Virus record (IMG/VR): IMGVR_UViG_3300028844_004840
Span: 1 to 64,000 of that record
Source of the DNA: a virus
Lineage: Duplodnaviria; Caudoviricetes
Strand: one strand, 5' to 3'
Length of the DNA: 64,000 nucleotides
Part shown: in pieces, positions 18,847-27,329 of the stretch
Layout: each line of letters opens with the position of its first letter
Position numbering within the stretch: position 1 is the first letter of the stretch
The notes under the pieces: model-generated
Told to the model about the DNA's origin: nothing
The model's database searches: none
The model's input: the letters and a program-made list of their open reading frames with translations, nothing else
Position numbers and translations under genes: made by a program

Positions 18847-19248
18847 ATGACTAATATAATCGAGTGCTTTAAGGTGCGGGTGTTTCCTGACGGAGACTCT
18901 CCTGACGATGACAAATTGTTTGTTATGGCGCTGTTTGACCCCGATGAAGATGAAATCATTCATCTGACGGTAGGCGATAGTAAGGAAGAATTCGATAAAG
19001 GTCTCCTGATGCTGCAGAACTGGATGGATGAGCACATTCGCCTACCTATGGACCCAGATCTTTCCAAAAAATCTATTTTGGAAACGGTTCAGAGCCGAAG
19101 CCTTGATGGAAAACACGTTGTGCAGTATATGCAGCAACGCGGATGGCTCACTGACGAACAGTTCAAGGGGTATCTGATGATGCTAGAGGGGAACCACCCA
19201 GTATCGACAGAAACAGCCTTCGGCGAAGAAAAAGTACCCTTTCGATAA
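18847..19248 (+). CDS. hypothetical protein
   Basis: 133-aa ORF. Confidence 0.7.
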   Translation: MTNIIECFKVRVFPDGDSPDDDKLFVMALFDPDEDEIIHLTVGDSKEEFDKGLLMLQNWMDEHIRLPMDPDLSKKSILETVQSRSLDGKHVVQYMQQRGWLTDEQFKGYLMMLEGNHPVSTETAFGEEKVPFR

Positions 19249-19566
19249 AAAATCTATTGACAACTTAAACACAACCACGTATATAGAAGCACATTAGCGA
19301 CAAATAGTAAAAGGAGGTCGTACAGATGACATTTTCACGCTCACATGCGACCCATAGTCGCTGGAAGCAGCTAGCCAGCGCCCCTACTACACCAAATTCA
19401 GTAGGGAACATCTGGCGAGAACACTTTCCCACCGACAAGCGATATCGCGGCGGTGAGAATGAGATCACAGACAGTATTATAACCTGTCGAATGCCCTCAA
19501 CATCAGTTCTCAACTAAGCGTTACCGTTTGAAGGTCTACCAAAGTAAGGCGAAAGCTTTATGACAC

Positions 19567-19643
19567 GGAGCCTTCGTCTAAACGGACTAGGACGCTTCCC
19601 TTTCAAGGAAAAAATGCGGGTTCAAGTCCCGTAGGCTCTTCCA
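19567..19643 (+). tRNA. tRNA-Glu(TTC)
   Basis: Cloverleaf, loop CT-TTC-AA, encoded CCA. Confidence 0.85.
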
Positions 19644-19648
19644 AATTA

Positions 19649-20014
19649 ACAGATAATAATTCGTAGTTGTACAGACACATATTTAATGTAGATTAAACAA
19701 CTGGAAGATTTCTAATTAAAGGTGTTGCCATACGCCTGATACGAGATTAAAACCGAGGTACTGCCAAGAGGGCAAATTTGGGTACACCCTGACGGGTTAG
19801 AAACTCTAAATGATGCACTTGACAGAGACATGGAGCACCTGCTAGATATTGGTGCTCTAAAACGAGACGAACCGGAAGCTGCGAACTAATGTAGCAACCA
19901 CGATCTTTGATATTGCTGGTTATTCGATCACGCGCCTTGGTAGAGGCCTGTTTAGGCAGAAACAGCGTGGCACATGTAGGAACGTGGTATTACGCCCATG
20001 AACCGATTATCTGT
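19649..20014 (+). ncRNA. candidate ~370-nt multi-stem ncRNA
   Basis: Closing helix ACAGATAAT/ATTATCTGT, at least six internal helices, flanked by tRNA-type elements. Confidence 0.55.
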
Positions 20015-20021
20015 GTATTAT

Positions 20022-20098
20022 GGGGAGGTGCGCTAAGAGGAAACGCGGCGGGAATTAAGTCCTGTGTATGGAACCTTCGAAGGTTTCCCTCCCCACCA
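20022..20098 (+). tRNA. aberrant tRNA-like RNA (8-nt loop AATTAAGT)
   Basis: GGGGAGG/CCTCCCC-A-CCA acceptor; irregular anticodon and T arms. Confidence 0.55.
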
Positions 20099-20360
20099 TT
20101 TAATTAAATTAAATGTTGACGAACCTTATCAGGTTGGTTATACATATTTCAAGGAAGATTTGAAGTGCAACATCGCTCTACCTGAACGGCTCCTCCAGCA
20201 CGTTCGAAGGTGATTAGTGGGTTGGCAACAATACAAATGAGCAGCGTTTCGATAAAATATTGCTCGCGATGTTGTACTTCTAATCTTTCTATGGCGAAAG
20301 CCTCCCCCGCTGAACATCTCAGGATTAAGACAAGGGGACGCTAGCCGTAGTTAGATTTAT

Positions 20361-20434
20361 GTCCAAGTACGCTAATTGAACGCGGGCGGCTTCATCGTCG
20401 CTGTTTGTAGGTTAAACCCCTTCCTTGGACACCA
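20361..20434 (+). tRNA. aberrant tRNA-like RNA (loop TTCATC)
   Basis: GTCCAAG/CTTGGAC-A-CCA acceptor; degenerate T-loop. Confidence 0.5.
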
Positions 20435-20467
20435 TTAAATTTATGTTCCTTTAGGAACTGTAGTTAT

Positions 20468-20575
20468 GCAGAGGTACGCGAATTAGCGGATCGACAATTG
20501 CTTCCAAATATTCGGAGATATCTGATGGAGCAAGGGTACGATTGTATGTAGGTTGAAATCCTACTCTCTGCACCA
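20468..20575 (+). ncRNA. tRNA-like RNA with greatly extended anticodon arm
   Basis: GCAGAGG/TCTCTGC-A-CCA; T arm GTAGG-TTGAAAT-CCTAC; TTGCTTCCA/TGGAGCAA helix. Confidence 0.6.
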
Positions 20576-20626
20576 AATAAACACCAGTTTCCATTGGTGT
20601 AAGATAACGGAGGGTCGCTACCTCCT

Positions 20627-20716
20627 AGGCGTATAGCTCAGTAGCATGTCTTGTGGGACAAAGAGCAGCCCGTTAAGGGGGTTGGTCGCGGTTGGAATGT
20701 CGAGCCGCTACGCTGT
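20627..20716 (+). tRNA. aberrant tRNA-like RNA (TAA loop, expanded D and T loops, no CCA)
   Basis: TAGCTCAG...AGAGC D arm; AGCCC-GTTAAGG-GGGTT arm. Confidence 0.45.
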
Positions 20717-20727
20717 TTAATTATTTT

Positions 20728-20802
20728 AGCATTGGAGCGGTAGGTGCTCAGTATCCTCTCATAAGGGATAACCGCCGAGTTCGACCCTCGGTGATGCTAC
20801 CA
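20728..20802 (+). tRNA. tRNA-Met/Ile2(CAT)
   Basis: Loop CT-CAT-AA, GTTCGA T-loop, CCA; weak D arm. Confidence 0.75.
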
Positions 20803-21012
20803 AACAACAGGCGTTGGATTACCTCCGTAAATCGCGTGAAATATAGACCGTCGAGAACGACCGTCTGTTCCTATGTACCGTTTCCATTCTAATCAGATGG
20901 AGTAGCTATGTGATAGGCCACTGCTCGTGGACTTAGAGCAAGGTTTAACCGTACCGTACGGGGTAGGGCTGCTACGGTCCTAGTGCAAGGTTGATTACCG
21001 TAGAGAAACAAT

Positions 21013-21088
21013 GACACGAAGTCTGAACGGTTAGGTCCCAGATTGCAAACCTGCGGTAAGGCGGGTTCAACTCCCCCTCGTGTCTCCA
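21013..21088 (+). tRNA. tRNA-Cys(GCA)
   Basis: Loop TT-GCA-AA, U73, CCA. Confidence 0.75.
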
Positions 21089-21264
21089 AACAGCGGTTGA
21101 GAACAACATACACCAGTGGTGAGTTGGTATCCCTATCAAGCCGTGTGGCAAAAAGACTACACCGCCTCTGGAAAACGTGGAAACCCGGCAAGTAATAACA
21201 CAAAATGCATTGTTGCGACAGTCGGAAAAGACCGACAACAAATTTTCGGTGTGTAACACCGTTT

Positions 21265-21340
21265 CAGGGTGTAGCTCAGTAGGTAGAGTGCTTGATTTGG
21301 AATCAAGAAGCCGCTGGTTCGAGTCCAGTCACCCTGACCA
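21265..21340 (+). tRNA. tRNA-Pro(TGG)
   Basis: Canonical cloverleaf, CCA. Confidence 0.93.
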
Positions 21341-21409
21341 ATACATCCGACGCAGGCTATGCCAAGCGGGTAATAAGTTCACCGTAAGGGGACTCGGATG
21401 ACACTCTTT

Positions 21410-21487
21410 TGCGGGGGGTGGAGAAGTAGTTAACTCGCCAGCCCCATACGCTGGAGAACAGAGGTGCAAATCCTCTCCCCGCAACCA
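21410..21487 (+). tRNA. tRNA-Met(CAT), initiator-like
   Basis: GCGGGG..GGAG..TAACTCG body, loop CC-CAT-AC, CCA. Confidence 0.8.
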
Positions 21488-21529
21488 AATAATCCCTTGA
21501 CGCGTGTTAATACATAGCGTACAAGGGTA

Positions 21530-21850
21530 GTACGAAACACACGTATATCTTCAAGTTTGAAGACATTTAGGACCTCGGGGCAGTACCGAGCAGGTCCACC
21601 ACATATTCACTGGTAGTGAATATTTGAGGGGCCTGAAATAGGATCGACTAGGTGGATTAGAATAAGCGGCGTGTCGGGTTGGCCTAAACGTTATCTGGGC
21701 AATTGGTCTTAGGACTGAGGAAACAACTAAATGCAGCAAATGATAATGCAGCACCTACTGAAATGGCAATCGCAGCCTAAGCCTCTGGCTTAGATGCAAC
21801 CGCCGATCAGTTCGGGGGTCCGGTGGCACCTAGCAACAGAAGCCACCAAC
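21530..21850 (+). ncRNA. ssrA: circularly permuted (two-piece) tmRNA
   Basis: Acceptor piece ...CAGGTCCACCA ends 21601, intervening hairpin, coding piece GGGCCTGAAATAGGATCGAC starts 21629 (G3.U70); tag AANDNAAPTEMAIAA* at 21733-21780; outer ends approximate. Confidence 0.92.
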
Positions 21851-22048
21851 TAATTCTGTTGAGATAATTCTTGACACACCACTATTATGACGCGTAGTAT
21901 ACCACTACGTAGGGTGTCTGTCCCTAACTTGACAGAATGGTGGAGACAAATAAGCAATTACTTATTTCGTCCTTTCGATGACTTAGGTCAGATCGCATGC
22001 TGGGTACCCAAGTAAAAAGGCCCTTTTAAAAATATTTAGGAGGGTACG

Positions 22049-22966
22049 ATGACAAAACTAAAAGTATTGGACCTGTTCAGCGGCATCGGTGGTTTCACCG
22101 AAGGATTGCAACGGACAGGGCATTTCGAAACCTCCGCATTCTGTGAGATTGAGGAACCTTGCCAAAAAGTCTTGAAAAAGAATTGGCCTGATGTGCCGAT
22201 CTACACGGATATCACAAAATTAACAGCAAAAACACTGAATGATGATGGCATCTATCCAGATGTTATTACAGGCGGGTTCCCCTGCCAAGACATCAGCATT
22301 GGAAGTAAATCAGCGGAGGGTTTAAATGGAGAACGATCAGGACTGTGGTTCGAATACAAACGACTTATTGATGCGGTCGGACCCCGATTTGCCATTGTGG
22401 AGAACGTGTTCACCCTCCAATCGCGAGGACTGGACAGAATACTCTGGGACTTGGCCGAAATCGGGTACGATGCGACTTGGACCATGTTCGACAGCCAATA
22501 TTTCGACTACCCGCAACGACGACGTCGTATTTACATTTTGGCAGCACGCGATGGAATTCCCGCTGGTGTTGAAGTCTTCGACGCTGACAAGCGTACTGGA
22601 CTCGACGCCCCCGAAGGGTTCGCCGATTTCGAGCAAAGCCGCATACGGGCAATTGCGACGGGGGCTGGTGAGCAAGAAGGCATTGCCTACTTTACTCGAC
22701 AACGCTCTGATGAGTATGCTAACAACGGAGTTGCAAGCACAATTACTAAGCGAGACTACAAGCAATTCACAGACCTCGTAGTACATCCAGACGGCACTGT
22801 TCGTCGTATCATGCCACATGAGCGCTTGCGTGTTCATGGATTTCCTGATACGCACTTCGAGAACACTGGATTAACTAAGTCTCAACAGTTTGAGTGGAAC
22901 GGAATGTCCACACAGGTTATTGAACACATTGGAGGACAATTGTATGGAAAACTCGTTCACGTTTAA
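22049..22966 (+). CDS. DNA cytosine-C5 methyltransferase (alpha chain)
   Basis: DLFSGIGG, GGFPCQDIS, ENV, PQRRRRIY, ER.RVHGFPD. Confidence 0.93.
   Translation: MTKLKVLDLFSGIGGFTEGLQRTGHFETSAFCEIEEPCQKVLKKNWPDVPIYTDITKLTAKTLNDDGIYPDVITGGFPCQDISIGSKSAEGLNGERSGLWFEYKRLIDAVGPRFAIVENVFTLQSRGLDRILWDLAEIGYDATWTMFDSQYFDYPQRRRRIYILAARDGIPAGVEVFDADKRTGLDAPEGFADFEQSRIRAIATGAGEQEGIAYFTRQRSDEYANNGVASTITKRDYKQFTDLVVHPDGTVRRIMPHERLRVHGFPDTHFENTGLTKSQQFEWNGMSTQVIEHIGGQLYGKLVHV
22326..22781 (+). CDS. nested alternate-frame protein, M.EcoHK31I beta-subunit-like
   Basis: Own GGAGG SD; WPKSGTM..G, STLTSVLD..P, LRR...LP..L..AL. Confidence 0.65.
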   Translation: MENDQDCGSNTNDLLMRSDPDLPLWRTCSPSNREDWTEYSGTWPKSGTMRLGPCSTANISTTRNDDVVFTFWQHAMEFPLVLKSSTLTSVLDSTPPKGSPISSKAAYGQLRRGLVSKKALPTLLDNALMSMLTTELQAQLLSETTSNSQTS

Positions 22967-23579
22967 AGATTTCGATGGATTCGATGATCACATAAACAAC
23001 TCCATCCCGACGCTTTCCCAGTTGGACGTAATCGTCCAACGGGTTTGCTACGACATGGCGCAAGAGTACACGCATGTTGTGGACCTTGGATGCAGCACTG
23101 GACGTGTTCTACGCAGTCTAGACAAACGCGCAGATGTTTCATATTTAGGCATTGATCGCGACATGGTGATAACACCAGAGCAAGGTGTTACGTTTTTGTC
23201 GGGGGACATTACCGACATCGAGATACCTTACAGTAGTGTGATCATTTGTATGTTCACGCTTCAATTTCTTCCTCCGCATCAGCGCCAGACTATGTTGGAC
23301 AAGATGCATGCGTCTTTGGTACGCGGCGGGGTTCTTATATTGGCGGAGAAGACGCACGCGGACAATCCGCGCATCGACGTCATTAACCAGACGGCCCTTA
23401 TGCAGCACAAAGCGGCGAGTTTTACCGCAGAAGAAATTGTAGCGAAACAAATAGGCATTTCTCCAATTATGCACTTGCGTACCGAGTCAGAACTGTTTAA
23501 AGAGTTGGATCAGTACCAAAGCGTCACAACGATATGGGCGTGGGGAGGATTTAGAGCGCTAGTCGCAGTGAAGGAGTGA
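22944..23579 (+). CDS. CmoA-like SAM-dependent transferase
   Basis: FDDHINNSIP, DLGCSTG, FTLQFL, GGVLILAEK; GGAGG SD. Confidence 0.8.
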   Translation: MENSFTFKDFDGFDDHINNSIPTLSQLDVIVQRVCYDMAQEYTHVVDLGCSTGRVLRSLDKRADVSYLGIDRDMVITPEQGVTFLSGDITDIEIPYSSVIICMFTLQFLPPHQRQTMLDKMHASLVRGGVLILAEKTHADNPRIDVINQTALMQHKAASFTAEEIVAKQIGISPIMHLRTESELFKELDQYQSVTTIWAWGGFRALVAVKE

Positions 23580-23582
23580 ACC

Positions 23583-24533
23583 ATGACCGAGATTATGAGA
23601 ACAATTGCAGGTTCGCGCCTATACGGAACGAACAATGCGGATTCCGACACGGACTACAAAGCGGTTCACCTTCCAAGCTCTCGTGACATTCTTCTGCGCC
23701 CAAAGCGTCAGATGGTTCGCTCCACATCGAGTGGTGGAACCGAAACGAACGGCGCGGACGACGTAGACATGGAGAGCTTCGAATTACAGCGCTACCTGAA
23801 ATTGGCGAGCGACATGCAGACCATTCCGGTGGAGCTTCTGTTCGCTCCTACGCTGTCCAAATCATGGACGTGGGACCGCATCGTTGAGAACAAGAATCGC
23901 ATCCTGAACCGAAATACAAACGCCTTCGTGGGCTACTGTAAAGGACAGGCAGTGCGCTACTCGATGCGCGGCACACGCCTCAACACCTATATGGAAGTTG
24001 TGGCTGTACTGGGCCAATATGCGGGTACAGGAGAAAAGGCACAAACCATAAAGGACGAACTTATCGCTATTGAGGGTGTCAAAGTCATCCCCAAAGAAGA
24101 AGGGGGAGGCCCCATCGATTATCTGGACGTTTACGGACGCCAAACGCCAATGACGGTGCGCATTGGTGAAGCTCTAAAGATTTACCAGAAGCCTGTCAAT
24201 GAAGCAGGTAAACGAGCCAATAACGCACAACAAGCGAATGGCGCGGATTGGAAAGCCCTTTACCACGCGGTTCGAATTGCAGAGCAAGGCGTAGCGTTGT
24301 TCAAGACAGGGGTAATCAGTTTTCCTTCACAAAACGTGCCACTGCTGATGCGTATTCGAAATGGCGAAATGGACATGAACGAGGTCCTAGATTACTTCGA
24401 TGAACAGGCAGCAGAATTGCAAATGATCGGAGCTAATTCTCCTTTACCGGAGAAACCTGATTACGAGTGGATTGACGCATTCGTATGCCAAGTACATGCG
24501 AAAATCGTAAGAAAAAGTGGGTGGGGCGCATAG
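23583..24533 (+). CDS. Pol-beta superfamily nucleotidyltransferase (RlaP-like)
   Basis: GSRLYGT...DSDTDY, DWKALYHAVR, IRNGE, SPLPEKPD. Confidence 0.85.
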   Translation: MTEIMRTIAGSRLYGTNNADSDTDYKAVHLPSSRDILLRPKRQMVRSTSSGGTETNGADDVDMESFELQRYLKLASDMQTIPVELLFAPTLSKSWTWDRIVENKNRILNRNTNAFVGYCKGQAVRYSMRGTRLNTYMEVVAVLGQYAGTGEKAQTIKDELIAIEGVKVIPKEEGGGPIDYLDVYGRQTPMTVRIGEALKIYQKPVNEAGKRANNAQQANGADWKALYHAVRIAEQGVALFKTGVISFPSQNVPLLMRIRNGEMDMNEVLDYFDEQAAELQMIGANSPLPEKPDYEWIDAFVCQVHAKIVRKSGWGA

Positions 24534-24543
24534 TCCCATTTAT

Positions 24544-24619
24544 ACTGAGTTAGTGATAGCGGTAGCACATCTGGTTGTGGACCAGATAGGGGCGGGTTCG
24601 ATTCCCCCACTCAGGACCA
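24544..24619 (+). tRNA. tRNA-His(GTG), A73 and no G-1
   Basis: Loop TT-GTG-GA; discriminator A; base -1 is T. Confidence 0.85.
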
Positions 24620-24660
24620 GAAAAGTTGTGCGTACTTGCAAATACAAGGGTGTGTATACA

Positions 24661-24728
24661 AGCAGCGAGGTTGTAACCCTCGCCCCGTAACGGTTAACAC
24701 GAAGGTTCGAATCCATTCCGAGCCACCA
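24661..24728 (+). pseudogene. 5'-truncated tRNA-Tyr(GTA)
   Basis: Anticodon arm, variable arm, T arm and CCA present; 5' acceptor strand and D arm absent. Confidence 0.75.
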
Positions 24729-24778
24729 TATTACAATAAAACTTGCAATTTTATTTAAGATGTGGCACTGTTCTAAAC

Positions 24779-25135
24779 ATGACTGTTGAAGTACGTGAAA
24801 ATTTTTATTACTTGATGGAAGGTCCGGCAGTAAATCCGGATCTTGTTGCTGTTGCACTTGATATTCAGTATTATGCCGTGTCTGGGTCGTTCATAGGAAC
24901 GCAGCTCCCCGCTGGTAATGCGTACATCAATGAGGAAAGATATTACACAATTTCTGGCGGGGTCTCTCTCCAGACAGATAAAGCCCACGTCAATGAAACA
25001 AAATATTACCTGATAGATGGGAATCCATCCGAGCGTATAGGGGCTGATCGCGTATCCCTTTGGCAGATAGAGGGTAATCCGCAAGATCGTGTGAAAGCGG
25101 GAACAGCAGTTTTGTACATAATAACATCTAACTAA
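24779..25135 (+). CDS. small repeat protein, possibly virion-associated
   Basis: Repeated V.E..YY.I.G units. Confidence 0.65.
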   Translation: MTVEVRENFYYLMEGPAVNPDLVAVALDIQYYAVSGSFIGTQLPAGNAYINEERYYTISGGVSLQTDKAHVNETKYYLIDGNPSERIGADRVSLWQIEGNPQDRVKAGTAVLYIITSN

Positions 25136-25150
25136 TTAAGGAAAAGTCTT

Positions 25151-26110
25151 ATGACAATTCTACGTGTATTCGCAAATGAAGTCGATCTATCCATCCCAGG
25201 AGCAGTCTCAACAGTAGACCCCGCATTCTTCGATGATTCCCGCGTTACACAGGCATTCAGTTTCATTGATGGTCAAACATCCTCTGTGGACAGCGAACCT
25301 GCAGCAGGAGCGGACACGTGGTACCATTTTCGCATGGTACACGGCTCGACGGCCTCCAGTTGGGATGGGATCACGATGCAAATTAAAGACCCATCGGGAA
25401 ACATCGTGGCACTGATGACCGTGTCCAATGGATCCCCTAATTTTTCTGCGGTAGGAGATACCACAGCAACCACCCTAACTCAGGTCATATCTTCCAACAC
25501 GCAGTATTCTATAGATGTAAAGGTGTCCGTAACACCTGCTAATGTTTCCATGAGTGCCTATATTAATAACAACCTCATAGGAACACAAACGGTATCAAAC
25601 ACTTCTGGGAACCGAACAAATCCAACGCGTGTTACGTTTGCAAATCCTGATAATGTGGGACCCTTATACATATCCGAAGGAATAATTGCGGATGAGGATA
25701 CCCGAGGATTTCGAGTGCGCGAATTACGTCCTCAGTCTTTTGGAGTTGACCAAGCGTGGGCTGGATCCGCAAACGACGTCGTTGACAATGATCTGGCTAC
25801 AGGAATTTCTACACCAACAACAGGTGCCCGCACATCTTTCGGCGTGTCCAACTTGCAGAACATAACAGCAGGCGACATTGTAAATCGAGTCGTTGCCCAA
25901 ACATACGCACAACGTGGTGCCACAGGGTTAACCAGAATAAACCACTATTTTAGATATCCAGACACGACAAGACAAGACGGCCCAGACATCACGATAGACA
26001 CCACGGGATCGTGGTATTTGACAGAGTTTTTAAATAATCCAAGCACATCTGCACCATGGGATCCTGCGGATTTGATTGGAATTCAGATAGGGGTTCGCGC
26101 CCAAACATAG
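25151..26110 (+). CDS. lectin-like, putative virion protein
   Basis: T/S/N-rich beta-strand composition; NPSTSAPW C-terminus. Confidence 0.65.
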   Translation: MTILRVFANEVDLSIPGAVSTVDPAFFDDSRVTQAFSFIDGQTSSVDSEPAAGADTWYHFRMVHGSTASSWDGITMQIKDPSGNIVALMTVSNGSPNFSAVGDTTATTLTQVISSNTQYSIDVKVSVTPANVSMSAYINNNLIGTQTVSNTSGNRTNPTRVTFANPDNVGPLYISEGIIADEDTRGFRVRELRPQSFGVDQAWAGSANDVVDNDLATGISTPTTGARTSFGVSNLQNITAGDIVNRVVAQTYAQRGATGLTRINHYFRYPDTTRQDGPDITIDTTGSWYLTEFLNNPSTSAPWDPADLIGIQIGVRAQT

Positions 26111-26134
26111 TGCGACCCTTTTAGGACCCAAAAC

Positions 26135-26209
26135 GGACAGGTAGCTCAGGGGTAGAGCGGGAGGTTGAAGACCTCCGCGCCGGAGGTTCAATTCCTCCTC
26201 TGTCCACCA
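26135..26209 (+). tRNA. tRNA-Phe(GAA)
   Basis: Canonical cloverleaf, CCA. Confidence 0.92.
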
Positions 26210-26231
26210 ATTATTGTAAGGAAACAACAAA

Positions 26232-26441
26232 ATGCCAGTATTCAAAGATGGTATGACTGTCACTGATTTTAAAAAAATTCTTGATGGAGAAGGCGTCCAA
26301 GGGGATGATCTTTTTTACGTGAATGGTGAATATGGAAAGACGCCTGTATATTCTATCCGTAGATCCGTACCAATTCCCATGGGAGATCCAGACGAAGGCC
26401 GTGTGGAAGGAGAAGACCCTTATATCATTCTTAACGGTTGA
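26232..26441 (+). CDS. hypothetical protein
   Basis: AAGGA SD. Confidence 0.65.
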   Translation: MPVFKDGMTVTDFKKILDGEGVQGDDLFYVNGEYGKTPVYSIRRSVPIPMGDPDEGRVEGEDPYIILNG

Positions 26442-26472
26442 CGTCAGGGTGTAAACCTGTTACGAGTGTCTT

Positions 26473-27087
26473 ATGACAAAATATAGTAACTTTGAAAAAA
26501 TACCGCAAGATCAGTATTTCACGCCGTTAAAGGCTGTGGAGCCTCTAGCGAAGTTTCTACCCCCGAACGCGACTTTTTATGAGCCGTGCGCGGGGGACGG
26601 ACGATTGGTTCAACACGTCGAAAACCTTGGCATGGGAATAACGTGCGCGGGGTATTCTGACCTCGATCCAGTATCTGCACGCCAGACCGCCGACGATCAT
26701 TTCAATGGTGCGGCAAAGACTGACGTAAATCAACTTGATGCACTGGCCCTGACCCGTGAAGATTTAAACGGGGCACAGATGATCATCACTAATCCGCCTT
26801 GGACACGCACCAAAGCATCCGGATACATCCTGCACAAGATGATCGAGCACTTCTCGAACCTTGCGCCGACATGGCTTCTGTTTGATGCCTCATGGGCGAA
26901 CACGTCTCAGGCTGTTCCTTACATGAACCGCTGTACCGATATCGCCGCCATCGGGCGCGTCAAGTGGTTTCCGAATACAAACCAGTCCGGCAAAAAAGAC
27001 GCCTGCTGGTACCGATTTACACATCCAGATCTACGAACACGCCCAGCGCCGCTGTTTCATGGACGTGGAATGGGTATGTCCGGTTAA
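26473..27087 (+). CDS. DNA amino (N6-adenine) methyltransferase
   Basis: D.YFTP, EPCAGDG, IITNPPW; 3' end overlaps tRNA-Val. Confidence 0.85.
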   Translation: MTKYSNFEKIPQDQYFTPLKAVEPLAKFLPPNATFYEPCAGDGRLVQHVENLGMGITCAGYSDLDPVSARQTADDHFNGAAKTDVNQLDALALTREDLNGAQMIITNPPWTRTKASGYILHKMIEHFSNLAPTWLLFDASWANTSQAVPYMNRCTDIAAIGRVKWFPNTNQSGKKDACWYRFTHPDLRTRPAPLFHGRGMGMSG

Positions 27088-27152
27088 CTCAGTGGTAGAG
27101 TGCCTCCCTTACATGGAGGAAGCCAGAGGTTCGATCCCTCTACTGGACACCA
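27078..27152 (+). tRNA. tRNA-Val(TAC)
   Basis: Cloverleaf, CCA. Confidence 0.92.
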
Positions 27153-27240
27153 ATTTAGTTTCGATCAAAGAGAGGGTTGTCCTCATACTGGATCGTAAGG
27201 GCAGCGCCGGGGGCAGCGCCTTGTAAATCCCGGACAAACT

Positions 27241-27315
27241 GCGTCCTTAGCTCATCGGTAGAGCGGTTCCTCGACATGGAAAAGGTCACAGGTTCAAATC
27301 CTGTAGGACGCACCA
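27241..27315 (+). tRNA. tRNA-Val(GAC)
   Basis: Cloverleaf, loop TC-GAC-AT, CCA. Confidence 0.88.
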
Positions 27316-27329
27316 CAACGGAGGGTTAA

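Noticed and set aside
19326-21754. 60-104 aa ORFs in the RNA island
   Set aside because: They overlap tRNAs, tmRNA or strong structures; only 19326 has an SD and it remains unsupported.
19290-22025. RNase P RNA or a named riboswitch (preQ1 at ~20581, SAM-II at ~22000)
   Set aside because: Diagnostic conserved sequences were not found; resemblance is only topological.
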